Assembly (NCBI GenBank): GCA_015680685.1
Contig: MNCI01002109.1
Location: forward strand, 4,370 to 68,369
DNA: 64,000 bases
Reading direction: 5' to 3'
Origin: Gnetum montanum
Lineage: Eukaryota; Plantae; Gnetophyta
Position 1 is the first letter of the stretch. Each line of letters begins with the position of its first letter. Of this stretch, positions 63,991 through 64,000 are shown piece by piece. Below the pieces are notes generated by a model, which worked only from the letters and a program-made list of their open reading frames with translations, searched no databases and was not told the origin of the DNA. Position numbers and translations under genes: made by a program.

Positions 63991-64000
63991 TTCATGGCCT

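Larger units (their letters stand above)
51427..64000 (-). mobile_element. Tat/Ogre-like Ty3/gypsy element, apparently non-autonomous, 5' end outside the window
   Basis: LTR 51427-53169 with PPT aaagaggggccaa, long 3' region with tandem arrays and an antisense gene, Ogre-type gag and protease. No RT/RH/IN recognisable. Confidence 0.75.

Overview
AT-rich, strongly CG/CHG-depleted eukaryotic DNA, read here as heterochromatin from a large land-plant genome (inference; the species cannot be determined). Almost the whole window is a nest of decayed Ty3/gypsy LTR retrotransposons. One Athila-like family (TGAT...ATCA LTRs of about 0.82-0.91 kb, tRNA-Asp PBS, a long 3' accessory ORF) is present as at least 6 partial or complete copies. 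These include a complete pol-less element with TSD (24167-33347), a solo LTR, and two PPT-LTR-leader junctions that imply head-to-tail tandems. From 51427 to the window end there is a minus-strand Tat/Ogre-like element with gag-protease but no RT/RH/IN. It carries a multi-exon antisense gene (about 56350-60150). My manual translation of that gene resembles an FCP1/NIF-type (HAD) phosphatase domain lacking catalytic residues, fused to a plant-mobile-domain-like region and a coiled coil. In both retrotransposon lineages the short CG-containing motif repeated in the LTR U3 is repeated again just upstream of the accessory gene, which is the best candidate for an undescribed system. Other content: a 3.6 kb composite satellite (29-bp and 15-bp units), one intronless cupin ORF, and possible hAT and LINE remnants. 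All homology calls are by eye, with no searches run.
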